A DNA stretch of 64,000 nucleotides from Acidobacteriota bacterium (GTDB lineage: Bacteria > Acidobacteriota > UBA890 > WLXD01). The stretch lies in the NCBI GenBank assembly GCA_963666215.2, contig CAXWPL010000005.1:832001-896000 (forward strand), given 5' to 3'. Below the pieces are notes generated by a model. It made no database searches. It saw only the letters and a program-made list of their open reading frames with translations, and was not told the origin of the DNA. Shown here in pieces: positions 1-9,276 of the stretch (position 1 is its first letter; the number at the start of each line of letters is the position of its first letter). The translations under genes and the position numbers were made by a program.

Positions 1-128
1 CGGTGCTGCGGGCCATCGACGACCATGCTGGGGCGGCGGAGGAACAGGCCGACGACATCACGATGCTGATGCTGCGACTGGCCGCGGCCGAAAACAGCCG
101 CGGGACGCGGGCGGAGATGAGTTGCTGA
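1..128 (+). CDS. C-terminal fragment of a SpoIIE/RsbU-type PP2C phosphatase (partial, runs off the left edge)
   Basis: Manual translation from position 3 gives VLRAIDDHAGAAEEQADDITMLMLRL...SC*. QxDDIT followed by hydrophobic residues is the typical SpoIIE C-terminal motif. Stop TGA at 126-128. Confidence 0.7.
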   Translation, partial: VLRAIDDHAGAAEEQADDITMLMLRLAAAENSRGTRAEMSC

Positions 129-1252
129 GCGTGGGTGAAGGGTCTCGCCGAACGAGCCCCTCGCGCGTATCGAGCCGAACAGGCCGCTCGCTTGCACTCG
201 ATCTGTTCGTCGACACCGGTTCCGCTGTGTGCGGCTGGGCGGTGGCGCTGGTGCTGCTGCGATATCTGCACGACGTTTGGCAGCCCGGCTGGGCCGCGAT
301 CTGCGGCGTGCTCGGAGGAATCGTGTTGCGGCGGGCGGTGCGACCCACCTACGGCAGCTTTCCGATCTATCTGCGACGCCCCCTCAGCGCCGCGGTCGTG
401 CTGCTCGGAGCCACAGTCGCCAGTTGGGCTACCCTCGCGCGGCAGCCGTCCTCCTATTGGCTGCTGCGCTGGCGCGAGGCCTCGATGCTGGCCCTGCTCG
501 CTGCCTCGATCGGCCTCGGTCTGGCGGCGGTGATCTACTCGCACGCGAGGCTGCGGCGCGAGATCGAAGCAGCGCGGGAGCGCGAGGCTGAGCTGCGGGA
601 GGCAACACTGCAGGCGCAACTGCGCGCACTGCAGGCCCAGATCAACCCACACTTTCTGTTCAACGCCTTCAACGCGCTGGCCGAGCTCACTCACGACGAC
701 CCCGTAGTGGCGGAGCAGCTGGTCGGCGATCTCGCACACCTGCTGCGCTACAGCCTGCGCTCGTCGGCAGCCGCGACGGTTCCGCTGCGTCAGGAGGTCG
801 AGGCAATCGAGCGCTACCTGCGCATCGAGCAGGCGCGCCTCGGCGAACGACTGCGAGTGAGCATTGATGTCGATGCGGACGTCCTCGACGCGCCGATCCC
901 TGGACTCGTCTTGCAGCCATTGGTTGAGAACGCGGTACAACACGCGGTGGCAACGCGGCGCTCCGGCGGCCTCGTGCGAATCCGTGCGGAGCGACGCAAT
1001 GGGGCACTCCGACTCGCCGTCGACGACGACGGCCCCGGCCTGCCCGACTCGGTACGGGCACAGCTCGCCGCACACGCATCGAGCCCGGCGATCGACTCTG
1101 TCGATCTGGGTTCGACGCCCGGGACGGCAGGGGCCGGCGGTGGGCTCCTCAACGTCGCGCGCAGGCTTGATCTCGCGTACCGTGGCCGGGCGCGGCTGAC
1201 CACCGTGGCTACCGACCACGGCACCAACATTGAGGTGTTGATCCCGGCATGA
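122..1252 (+). CDS. LytS/YehU-family sensor histidine kinase
   Basis: N-terminal TM helices; LRALQAQINPHFLFN His-box; LQPLVENAVQH N-box; VDDDGPG and GGGLLNV G-boxes. Start uncertain. Confidence 0.92.
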   Translation: MLSVGEGSRRTSPSRVSSRTGRSLALDLFVDTGSAVCGWAVALVLLRYLHDVWQPGWAAICGVLGGIVLRRAVRPTYGSFPIYLRRPLSAAVVLLGATVASWATLARQPSSYWLLRWREASMLALLAASIGLGLAAVIYSHARLRREIEAAREREAELREATLQAQLRALQAQINPHFLFNAFNALAELTHDDPVVAEQLVGDLAHLLRYSLRSSAAATVPLRQEVEAIERYLRIEQARLGERLRVSIDVDADVLDAPIPGLVLQPLVENAVQHAVATRRSGGLVRIRAERRNGALRLAVDDDGPGLPDSVRAQLAAHASSPAIDSVDLGSTPGTAGAGGGLLNVARRLDLAYRGRARLTTVATDHGTNIEVLIPA

Positions 1253-2031
1253 CCGTCCGAGCCGTAGTCGTTGACGACGAGCCTCTGGCACGCCGCCGCC
1301 TCTGGCGGCTACTCGCCGAACACCCCGACATAGAGCTCGTTGGCGAAGCATCCGATGGCGAAGCCGCTGTCGAGATCGTTCTGCGCGAGCGTCCGCACGT
1401 GCTGTTTCTCGACGTCCGGATGCCCGGCGAAGACGGGCTGTCAACACTCAGGCGCCTGCGAGACGACCTGAGCGACGAGCTGCGACCGCTTGCCGTTTTC
1501 ACAACCGCCTACGAGGAGCACGCCGTCGAGGCGTTCGCTCTCGAGGGCACCGACTACCTCGTCAAGCCGATCGACCGCCAGCAGCTGACCCGCGCGCTGC
1601 GCCGCGTTCGCCAGCGCTTGTCGGCCGATCAAGGCGCGGACGCCGCGGCCGAGGAAGCGGGGCGCCCGGAGGCAGCGACAGGACGCGCCAAATTGGCAAC
1701 GGGTCACCTGGCCGGGCACCGGGCCGGCAAGATCGTCAACTTGCAGCTGAAGGACGTCGCCTGCATCGCCGTCGAGGACACGATCACCTGGGCCTACACC
1801 CCACAGGGCCGCTACCGGCTCAAGCTGGCGCTGCACGAGGCAGAGGAACGGCTACGTTGTCCACCGTTCGTCCGGGTGTCGCGTTCGTCGGTGATCAATC
1901 TCGAGTGGGTCGACCACATCGCCCCGATGTTCTCGGGAACGTACGTGGCGGTGATGCGTCCGGGGATCGGACTCGAGGTCCACGTTTCGCGTCGTAGAGC
2001 GCGCGACCTACGCGAATTGATGGGTTGGTAG
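1249..2031 (+). CDS. LytR/AlgR-family response regulator (REC + LytTR)
   Basis: VDDEPLAR, FLDVRMPG, FTTAY, DYLVKP receiver motifs; FVRVSRSSVINL and VSRRRA LytTR motifs; ATGA overlap with the kinase. Confidence 0.95.
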   Translation: MTVRAVVVDDEPLARRRLWRLLAEHPDIELVGEASDGEAAVEIVLRERPHVLFLDVRMPGEDGLSTLRRLRDDLSDELRPLAVFTTAYEEHAVEAFALEGTDYLVKPIDRQQLTRALRRVRQRLSADQGADAAAEEAGRPEAATGRAKLATGHLAGHRAGKIVNLQLKDVACIAVEDTITWAYTPQGRYRLKLALHEAEERLRCPPFVRVSRSSVINLEWVDHIAPMFSGTYVAVMRPGIGLEVHVSRRRARDLRELMGW

Positions 2032-2044
2032 GGCGCCGCCGCAC

Positions 2045-2094
2045 CCGTTCAGACCACTCAGCCGACCGGTCGCACGATCCCTCGGCCGTTGTTG
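2045..2094 (+). promoter_or_regulatory. Candidate LytTR direct-repeat binding sites
   Basis: CCGTTCAGA (2045), CCGGTCGCA (2066) and CCGTTGTTG (2086), spaced 21 and 20 bp; similar to the AlgR-type CCGTTCGTC box. Confidence 0.4.
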
Positions 2095-2213
2095 CGGTGT
2101 CCCGATCTTCCGCGCTCTGCCGCTGGCATACTCAACCTCACGTGGGCGCAGGTCTGCGGCGTTCGCATCGCGATCTCGTCCATCAACGCTGACCTCTTCG
2201 CAGGAAATTCGAC

Positions 2214-3521
2214 GTGCGACAACGGAGTTCAAGCCAAGCTGCCGGGGCACTGTGTTTGGCGCCGGCGTTCATCGCCGGCTTCGGGCTCCCACTCGTGGGC
2301 GGCGCCGCGGAGGCTGTGCAAGCGCCCGCGGGCACGACGTCGCAGGAGACCGGTGTCGCCGAGACATCCCCGCCCGAGCAATCCGCGCCGTCCGAGTCCC
2401 AATCAAACGTCGAAGGCGTCAGCGACAGCGACGGAGATGGCCCGTTGCCACCCACGTTCATCAGTCAACTGGCCGGCGAGCTCGGTGACGTCTACGGCGA
2501 CATCTTCTTCTGGGGACAGCGCCTGCGCATCACCGGCCGCGTGCTCGACAACGCCTTCGTCGGCGGCATGGTGGCGTCGCTCGACGGCGGCACGGTCGAG
2601 GGCGATCTCTTCGCGTTCGGCACCGGCGTCACGGTCGACGGCGAGGTGTTCGGCGATGTTTACGCCTTCGCGCAGCAGCTGACGATCACCGAGCGAGCGA
2701 GGATCCACGGCAACGTCATCGTCTTCGTGGGAGCGCTGACGATCGACGGTAGCGTCGGTGGACTCGTGACCGGCGGCGGCGGTGCCTTGCGAATCAACGG
2801 CTTGGTGGGTTCGATCGACCTCGATTGCGGGCTGATAGAGGTGGGGCCGGAAGCACGAATTCTGGGCGACCTCGAGTACACCTCGAACGAGGAGGCCGAC
2901 ATCGACCAGGGAGCCTCGATCGGTGGCGAGGTGCGTTGGAATCGCGAAGAAGCCGATGAGGAAGACGAAGACGAAGAGAACAGCTCCGGCTGGACCGCTT
3001 TCGGCATCTTGTGGCAAGCGTGGGGCTACCTGAGCAAGCTGGTTGTGGGAGTGGTGGCACTCGTGCTCGGCGGTGCGGCGGCGCGCGCGCCGGCCGCCGC
3101 GCTGCGCCGTCACCCGGCACGCGGCCTCGGCTTCGGTTTCGTGGCGGCCGTGGTGGTGCCCGTGGCCTGTGTTGTGGCGATGTTGCTGGTCGTCGGATTG
3201 CCGCTCGGCGCGATCGGCCTGGGGTTCTACGCGATCGCTGTCTACCTGGCGCGGCTGGTCACGGCGCACTGGATAGGTGACTGGCTGCTGCGGCGAGTCA
3301 GCAAGCGAGCCCCCTCCGAATACCTCTCCCTGGCGCTCGGATTGCTGCTACTGCTGTTGGCGATGCGGGTCCCCTACCTCGGGTTCCTGGTGCACATGAC
3401 GGCGATCGTCGCTGGCATCGGCGGTATCTTCCTGACCGGACGTGGCTATTTCACGGGCGGTGGCCCCGGCACAGGCGGTGACGCAGGTGCCGCCCTCGAC
3501 GCGAGCGCGGAGGCAGCCTAG
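2214..3521 (+). CDS. Membrane protein with exported beta-helix (bactofilin/polymer-forming-like) repeats and a C-terminal multi-TM domain
   Basis: Signal-like N-terminus; repeated VxGDxxxFGxxVxIxG units; acidic linker EEADEEDEDEE; about 5 C-terminal TM helices. Confidence 0.7.
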   Translation: MRQRSSSQAAGALCLAPAFIAGFGLPLVGGAAEAVQAPAGTTSQETGVAETSPPEQSAPSESQSNVEGVSDSDGDGPLPPTFISQLAGELGDVYGDIFFWGQRLRITGRVLDNAFVGGMVASLDGGTVEGDLFAFGTGVTVDGEVFGDVYAFAQQLTITERARIHGNVIVFVGALTIDGSVGGLVTGGGGALRINGLVGSIDLDCGLIEVGPEARILGDLEYTSNEEADIDQGASIGGEVRWNREEADEEDEDEENSSGWTAFGILWQAWGYLSKLVVGVVALVLGGAAARAPAAALRRHPARGLGFGFVAAVVVPVACVVAMLLVVGLPLGAIGLGFYAIAVYLARLVTAHWIGDWLLRRVSKRAPSEYLSLALGLLLLLLAMRVPYLGFLVHMTAIVAGIGGIFLTGRGYFTGGGPGTGGDAGAALDASAEAA

Positions 3522-3565
3522 GCAGGCTGGCTGGAAACCTCCGCCGCGAGCTCTGAGCGAGAATC

Positions 3566-4528
3566 ATGCCGGCGATCGAAGCACGCGGAATCCGCAAGGA
3601 GTACGACAGCACGGTTGCGTTGCGCTCCATCGACCTGTCGATCTCGGAGGGCGGCGTTGTGGGGCTGCTCGGCCCGAACGGCGCCGGCAAGACCACGCTT
3701 GTGGAGATCTTCGAAGGGCTAAGACGACCGACGGCGGGAACGGTGAGCGTCCTCGGCCTCGACCCGAGCTCCCAGACCCGACAGCTCAAAGAGCGCATCG
3801 GTGTTCAACTCCAAACGACCGCGCTGCCACAGGAGCTCACTGTCTTCGAGGTCCTTCGACTGTTCGCCTCGTTCTACGAGTCGGCCCGGCCGGTGGCCGA
3901 GGTGCTCGAGATGGTCGACCTCGTCGAGCTCGCCAAACAGAAGGCCAGCACTCTCTCCGGTGGCCAACGACAGCGCCTGGTGCTGGGAATCGCGCTCATT
4001 CACAGCCCCGAGCTGATCCTGCTCGACGAGCCCACCACTGGCCTCGACCCGGTCGCTCGCCGCGACCTTCACGCCTTGATCCGCGAGCTTCGCGACCAGG
4101 GCCGAACCATGCTTCTGACAACCCATTACATCGAAGAGGCCGAGCATCTGTGCGATCGCGTCATCATGATCCGCGGCGGAGAGATTGTTGCGGATGGCAC
4201 ACCCTTCGACTTGGTGGGCCAATCCACTGACTCCTCGATTATCTGGATCTCCGTCGACGGCGAGATGGATCCGACGCCTTTGTTCCAGGCCGGCATCGAG
4301 CCGCTCGGCCGGCAGGGCCAGCATCACAAGTTCTCGACCACGGACCCCACCGCAACCGTGCTCGCGCTCGGCGACATGCTGCGGTCACAGGGGCTGCAGC
4401 TGCTCGACCTGCGGATGAAGCGGCCGACGCTCGAGGACGTCTACCTCGAGCTGATGCGCGACGAGGACGTCGCGCCCGATCCTGCCGAAGATGGCAGCGG
4501 CGGCGATCCGAGCGAGGGCGCATCGTGA
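3566..4528 (+). CDS. ABC transporter ATP-binding protein (ABC-2/DrrA-like)
   Basis: GPNGAGKTT, LSGGQRQR, ILLDEPTTGLD, TTHYIEEAE. Confidence 0.95.
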   Translation: MPAIEARGIRKEYDSTVALRSIDLSISEGGVVGLLGPNGAGKTTLVEIFEGLRRPTAGTVSVLGLDPSSQTRQLKERIGVQLQTTALPQELTVFEVLRLFASFYESARPVAEVLEMVDLVELAKQKASTLSGGQRQRLVLGIALIHSPELILLDEPTTGLDPVARRDLHALIRELRDQGRTMLLTTHYIEEAEHLCDRVIMIRGGEIVADGTPFDLVGQSTDSSIIWISVDGEMDPTPLFQAGIEPLGRQGQHHKFSTTDPTATVLALGDMLRSQGLQLLDLRMKRPTLEDVYLELMRDEDVAPDPAEDGSGGDPSEGAS

Positions 4529-6632
4529 CCCTGCTGCGCGGCCTCGGGCCGCTGTCGCGCGTCTACCTGCTGCAAGCGGTGCGCTCGAAGACCGCGATCT
4601 TCTGGAACCTCGTCTTCCCCCTCGTCTGGCTCTTCCTCTTCGGTTTCGTCTTCGGCCGCGGCGACCCCCTGGTCATCAGCGCTCTGATTCCCGGCCTGTT
4701 CACCATCACCATCATGTCGTCGGCCTTCTTCGGCGTCTCCTACGTGCTGGTGATGGAGCGCGAGACTGGCATCCTGCGGCGCTATCGCGTTACCCCCGTG
4801 AGTCCCCTCGTCATCGTTCTGGCGAACTCATGCCGCGCCCTCGCCATGATGCTTGTGTCGCTGCTGATTCAGGGCGTCGTCGCCTGGCTGGTGTTCGACA
4901 TTCGGATTGCCGGATCGCTGCTCTCCGTGTTCGCGGTGATCGTGCTCGGAGCCGCGGCCTTCGTGCCGCTCGGGCTCCTTGTCGGCAGCGTGGCGCAGGA
5001 TATGCGCACGGCGCCCGCCATCTCGAACCTGCTGTTTTTCCCACTGATGTTCGGCTCAGGCGCGGCGATCCCGGCCTGGATGCTGCCGGGCTTCATGCAG
5101 ACGGTCTCGCGGTTCATTCCGTCGAGCTACCTCGTCGAATCCCTGCAGGGCGTGATGGTCCGGGGCGAAGGCCTACTCGATCTGCTCGGCCCAATCACGG
5201 TGCTGTTGCTAACGCTCGTGGTCGGAGCAGGACTGAACAGCCTGCTGTTCCGTTGGGAGAGCAGTGATCCCGTCGATCGGCGTAGGCTCTTGATGGTCGT
5301 GGCTGCACTGATCGTTCTGTTCGCTGCCGCCGCGCTGCTGGCGCCGTCCTTCCGTATGATCAAGAGCCCGAGCGAAGCCCGCGCCGATTCGGCCGCCGGG
5401 ACGGACGCCACCGAACGTACGTTGCTGGTTGGTGCGACCATCCTCGACGGTCTTGGCGGCCGCGTTGAGGAGGGCTACCTCCTGGTCAACAACGGGCGCA
5501 TCGAAGCGATCGGTCCGGCATCCGACCAGAAACAGGATCTGGGAAGCGATCTCGTCGACGCAGCGAGCGTCGTCGATCTGGGCGGCAAGTTCGTCCTGCC
5601 CGGACTGATCGACTCCCACATGCACATCGGCGGATCGGGAGGAGGCATGGCCTCCGCGGCTGAGATGGCGCCAACGCGGTTCACGTCCTCGTTGCGCGGC
5701 TACCTCGGAGTGGGTGTCACAACGGTGGTCTCACTCACCGATATCCCCTCGCATATGCGCGACCTCGCCGAGCGCGTCGACGACGGTGCGGTGATGGCAC
5801 CCCGCATGCTGTTCGCCGGCGCGTCGATTACCGCTCCCGGAGGGCACCCGGCGGCACGCTTCTCCACCGTTCCCGGACTCGCCGATCAGCTCACACACCA
5901 GGTGTCCGATGCGGACGAGGCTCGCGCGGCGGTTCAACGTGCCCGCGACTCAGGAGCCTCACTGATCAAGCTCGTCCTCGAAGAGGGCGCCGGCTACGAG
6001 CAGCTGCCGCGCCTCGACGAGGGCGCCTTCCGAGCCGCCGTCGCCGAGGCGCATGCGCTCGGACTGAAGGTCACCACTCATGTGGGCAGCGACGCCGACG
6101 CGAGGCTCGCGCTCGACGCCGGCGTGGATTCCCTGCAGCACACGCCGCGCGGACTGACAGCGGAGACGATTGCTGCGCTTGCCGCCAGCGGCACGCCACT
6201 GACTCCCACCCTCGCCGTGCTCGAGGGCCTCAACAAAGCGGCGCACGCCGATCCGTTCGACAACGTGCTGATCTCGCGCTGGGTTGATCGGGGGATTGTC
6301 GAGTCGCTGTCCTCACCTGACTCCTGGGTCGCTCAGATGCGCCAGGTCGCAGGCTTTCAGCTGGGCATGGAGATGGCGTTCGCTGGCGCTATGGCCGCAA
6401 CCCGCGACGCGATCTCGGGGGGCGCCGCGATCCTGGTGGGAAGCGACTCGGGGAACGCGATGAGATCGGTCGCCTGGCGCCGGGTGCGCATGCGGACTTT
6501 CTGGTGCTTGACGTCGATCCGACCGTCGATATCTCTGCCTTACGCCAGCTGCACGCGGTCTACTTCCGCGGCGATAGACTCGACCTCGACACTCTGCTGA
6601 CCGACCCGGCGGGGATCTGGCTGCCCCAGTAG
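4525..6632 (+). CDS. ABC-2 permease fused to an amidohydrolase domain; internal deletion/frameshift at ~6458
   Basis: Residues 1-~245 are ABC-2 permease (ERETGILRRYRVTPV), followed by VLPGLIDSHMH, IKLV and GSDSGN. The expected C-terminus DEIGRLAPGAHADFLVLDVDP...VYFRG...PQ* lies in another frame ending at TAG 6630-6632. Confidence 0.8.
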
Positions 6633-6685
6633 ACCGCACAAGATGATCGCGACGATGGTGTTCACGAGGACTTGCCAAGATTGAC

Positions 6686-7606
6686 GTGGCCACGATGACG
6701 CCTAGCGGACCACGGGTGAGTGTGATCGTCCCCTGCTTCAATCACGGTCACTTCCTTGCCGACGCGATCGAGAGTGTTCTCGGACAGACGTACGGCAACA
6801 TCGAGCTGATCGTTGTCGATGACGGCTCAACCGATGACACCGCTCTCGTGGCGAGAGCCTTCGGTGACAAGCTGCGCTACGTCCATCAGGCCAACCGCGG
6901 CCTCTCAGGTGCGCGAAACACCGGAATTCAAGCCGCATCCGGCGACTTCCTGCTCTTTCTCGACTCCGACGACTGCATCGAAACGGAGCTGATCGCGCGT
7001 GTCATCCAAGCCGCAACGGAGCACCCCGACGGGCACATTTTCCACGCCGGCTGGCACTACATCGGACGGTCCCGCGAGCTACAAAACACCGTGCGCGCAA
7101 CCCCTATCGACGGCGATGCTGTTGAGAGCCTTCTGCAAGGCAATCGCTTTCCGCCCTGCGCTGTGGTGATCGCTCGTAACATGGTGGACCGCGTTGGAGA
7201 GTTCAAGGACGATCTGAGAGCGGGCGAAGATTGGGACTATTGGACTCGAGCGGCGATTCTCGGCGCCAAGTTCGTGGCGGTATCAGACGTTCATGGCCTC
7301 TACCGTCGCTACCCCGGCACGATGTCGACGGACCACCAACGCATGTGGCACTCCGGCCTGCGAGTGCTCCACGATGCCGACGAGATGACCCACGGTGCCA
7401 AGAGACTCCTGGTGCAGGAAGGTGTCCGCTCCTGGAGACGGTACTGCGGTAAGCGGCTGGTCGAGGGTCTTCAGGCCTCTCACCCCGTGAAGAGCCTGAG
7501 GACAATGGCCAGCGCTGTCGCGACCGACCCCGCACTTGCCCCTGTATTGGCCCATCGATTGGCAAGCCTCGTTTGGCACCGCTCCCTAGGCTCCCGGCGA
7601 CGGTAG
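6686..7606 (+). CDS. Family 2 glycosyltransferase
   Basis: VSVIVPCFN, VVDDGSTD, GLSGARNTG, FLDSDD, EDWD. Confidence 0.92.
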   Translation: MATMTPSGPRVSVIVPCFNHGHFLADAIESVLGQTYGNIELIVVDDGSTDDTALVARAFGDKLRYVHQANRGLSGARNTGIQAASGDFLLFLDSDDCIETELIARVIQAATEHPDGHIFHAGWHYIGRSRELQNTVRATPIDGDAVESLLQGNRFPPCAVVIARNMVDRVGEFKDDLRAGEDWDYWTRAAILGAKFVAVSDVHGLYRRYPGTMSTDHQRMWHSGLRVLHDADEMTHGAKRLLVQEGVRSWRRYCGKRLVEGLQASHPVKSLRTMASAVATDPALAPVLAHRLASLVWHRSLGSRRR

Positions 7607-7616
7607 CCCGATCCAG

Positions 7617-8582
7617 ATGCCGACGGTCTCCATCATCATCTGCACGCGCAATCGCGCTGATCATCTACGACAAACCTTGTCTGCGATGAGCCAGGTGCAG
7701 TTGCCGCGTGACCTGCCGGCCGAGCTCGTCGTCGTCGACAACGGGTCCACCGATCGCACCGAGGAGCTCGTCGGAAGTCACGAATCGAGAGCGCTGCCCC
7801 TCCGCTACATCAATGAGCCCTGCGCCGGCCTGGCGTACGCGCGAAACGCGGGACTTCGCCGAACCCGTGGCGAGATCATCCTCTTTACCGACGACGACGT
7901 GCGCCCAGGGCCCGCATGGATCGAAGAAATGTGTCGACCCATTCACGCCGGGCAGGCCGACTCGGTCGCCGGCAGAGTCGCTCTGGCCCCTCACCTCGAA
8001 CGTCCTTGGCTCCAGCAACGACATCGCAGCTTGTTCGCATCGCGGTCACTGGACGCACTGGCGAAGAACACGGTTGGCGCGAACATGGCGTCCGCGCGCC
8101 GTGTCCTCGACAAGGTCCCGCTCTTCGATCCGGAGCTCGGGGCGGGCGCCCTCGGATTCGGCGAGGACACTCTGTTCTCGCTCCAGCTACTGCGAGCCGG
8201 CTATCGACACATCGTCGGGAGCACCGACACTACGGTGGAACACCACTTTGAAGAAGATCGTTTGCTCCATAGCTCCCTCGTCAATTCGGCCGAACAACGA
8301 GGGCGCTCGAGGGCCTATGTTGCGTATCACTGGAACCATCTCCGCACCACGCATCGCAGATCTCGCCTGCTGAAGGCCTATGGGAAGCTGCTGTTGTCGC
8401 TGGCTCCAGCAGCAGCTTCCCGGAGCACAAACGGACATCGCGAGGGAATCGGGCTCAGAGAGCTCGGCGCCAGACTGAGGATTGCGTTTCTGCAGCAGTT
8501 GCGGATCGAAGAAGCGCGATCCCCGAACTACGAGCCCTACGGGCTTTGCAAGCTTGGTGGTCGGCTCGACGCTCTGGAATAG
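7617..8582 (+). CDS. Family 2 glycosyltransferase
   Basis: SIIICTRNR, VVDNGSTD, ARNAG, FTDDDV, GANMA, GED. Confidence 0.92.
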   Translation: MPTVSIIICTRNRADHLRQTLSAMSQVQLPRDLPAELVVVDNGSTDRTEELVGSHESRALPLRYINEPCAGLAYARNAGLRRTRGEIILFTDDDVRPGPAWIEEMCRPIHAGQADSVAGRVALAPHLERPWLQQRHRSLFASRSLDALAKNTVGANMASARRVLDKVPLFDPELGAGALGFGEDTLFSLQLLRAGYRHIVGSTDTTVEHHFEEDRLLHSSLVNSAEQRGRSRAYVAYHWNHLRTTHRRSRLLKAYGKLLLSLAPAAASRSTNGHREGIGLRELGARLRIAFLQQLRIEEARSPNYEPYGLCKLGGRLDALE

Positions 8583-8781
8583 GTAGACCCACGAATCGCG
8601 AGCCGCCGCTCGGAGCTCTCGAGCCCTTGGGGAGAACGACCGCCAGGCCGACAACGAGGCCGTGGAGCGCGGTGTGCTCGAGAGTCTCACGCGGCGGTCC
8701 GATGAGGCAGTGCATCGTGCGGCGAAGAAGCGCACGCGCAAACCCTCGTAGCTGCTGGCGCCGCGCAATGCGCAGTCGCTG

Positions 8782-8810
8782 TTGACAAGCCGAAGCCCGG
8801 GTGCTAATTA
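8782..8810 (+). promoter_or_regulatory. Sigma70-type promoter of the blaI-M56 operon
   Basis: TTGACA (8782-8787), 17 bp spacer, TAATTA (8805-8810) preceded by TG (extended -10); an AT-rich patch in GC-rich DNA. Confidence 0.65.
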
Positions 8811-8838
8811 TTTAGCAGTTCATGCTAACTAACCAGCA
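8802..8838. promoter_or_regulatory. Tandem BlaI-type operators
   Basis: Perfect palindrome TGCTAA-TTAT-TTAGCA (8802-8817) and imperfect copy TGCTAA-CTAA-CCAGCA (8823-8838), 21 bp apart, overlapping the -10. Confidence 0.7.
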
Positions 8839-8880
8839 CCTACCGTCCGCCCATCGAACCCGAGTGGACGTGGAGGCGAG

Positions 8881-9276
8881 ATGTCCGAACAGCTAGAACA
8901 CACCTTGAGTCGCCGCGAGCGTCAAATCATGGACACGCTGTTCCGGCGGGGACGTGCCAGCGCCGCCGACGTGCAGACAGACCTTCCCGATCCCCCGAGC
9001 TACTCCGCCGTGCGAGCACACCTCAGAATTCTCGAAGAAAAGGGACACATCCGGCACGTGCAGGACGGTCCGAGATACATCTACATCCCCACGATGACCA
9101 AAGACCGCGCCAAGCGATCAGCCCTACGCCACCTGGTCGAGACCTTCTTCAACGGCTCCGCGGAACAGGCAATGGCGGCGCTTCTCGACGACGAGTCCAC
9201 GGCGATCTCCGAAGCTGACCTGGACCGACTGAGCGGCCTCATCGACCGGGCACGCGAACTGGAGCAGACACGATGA
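8881..9276 (+). CDS. BlaI/MecI/CopY-family transcriptional repressor
   Basis: LSRRERQIMD, SYSAVRAHLRILEEKG, LVETFFNGS; GGAGG RBS upstream. Confidence 0.93.
   Translation: MSEQLEHTLSRRERQIMDTLFRRGRASAADVQTDLPDPPSYSAVRAHLRILEEKGHIRHVQDGPRYIYIPTMTKDRAKRSALRHLVETFFNGSAEQAMAALLDDESTAISEADLDRLSGLIDRARELEQTR

Noticed and set aside
8583-8751. Start-less reading frame after the second GT2 gene
   Set aside because: No start codon, RBS or recognisable motif.
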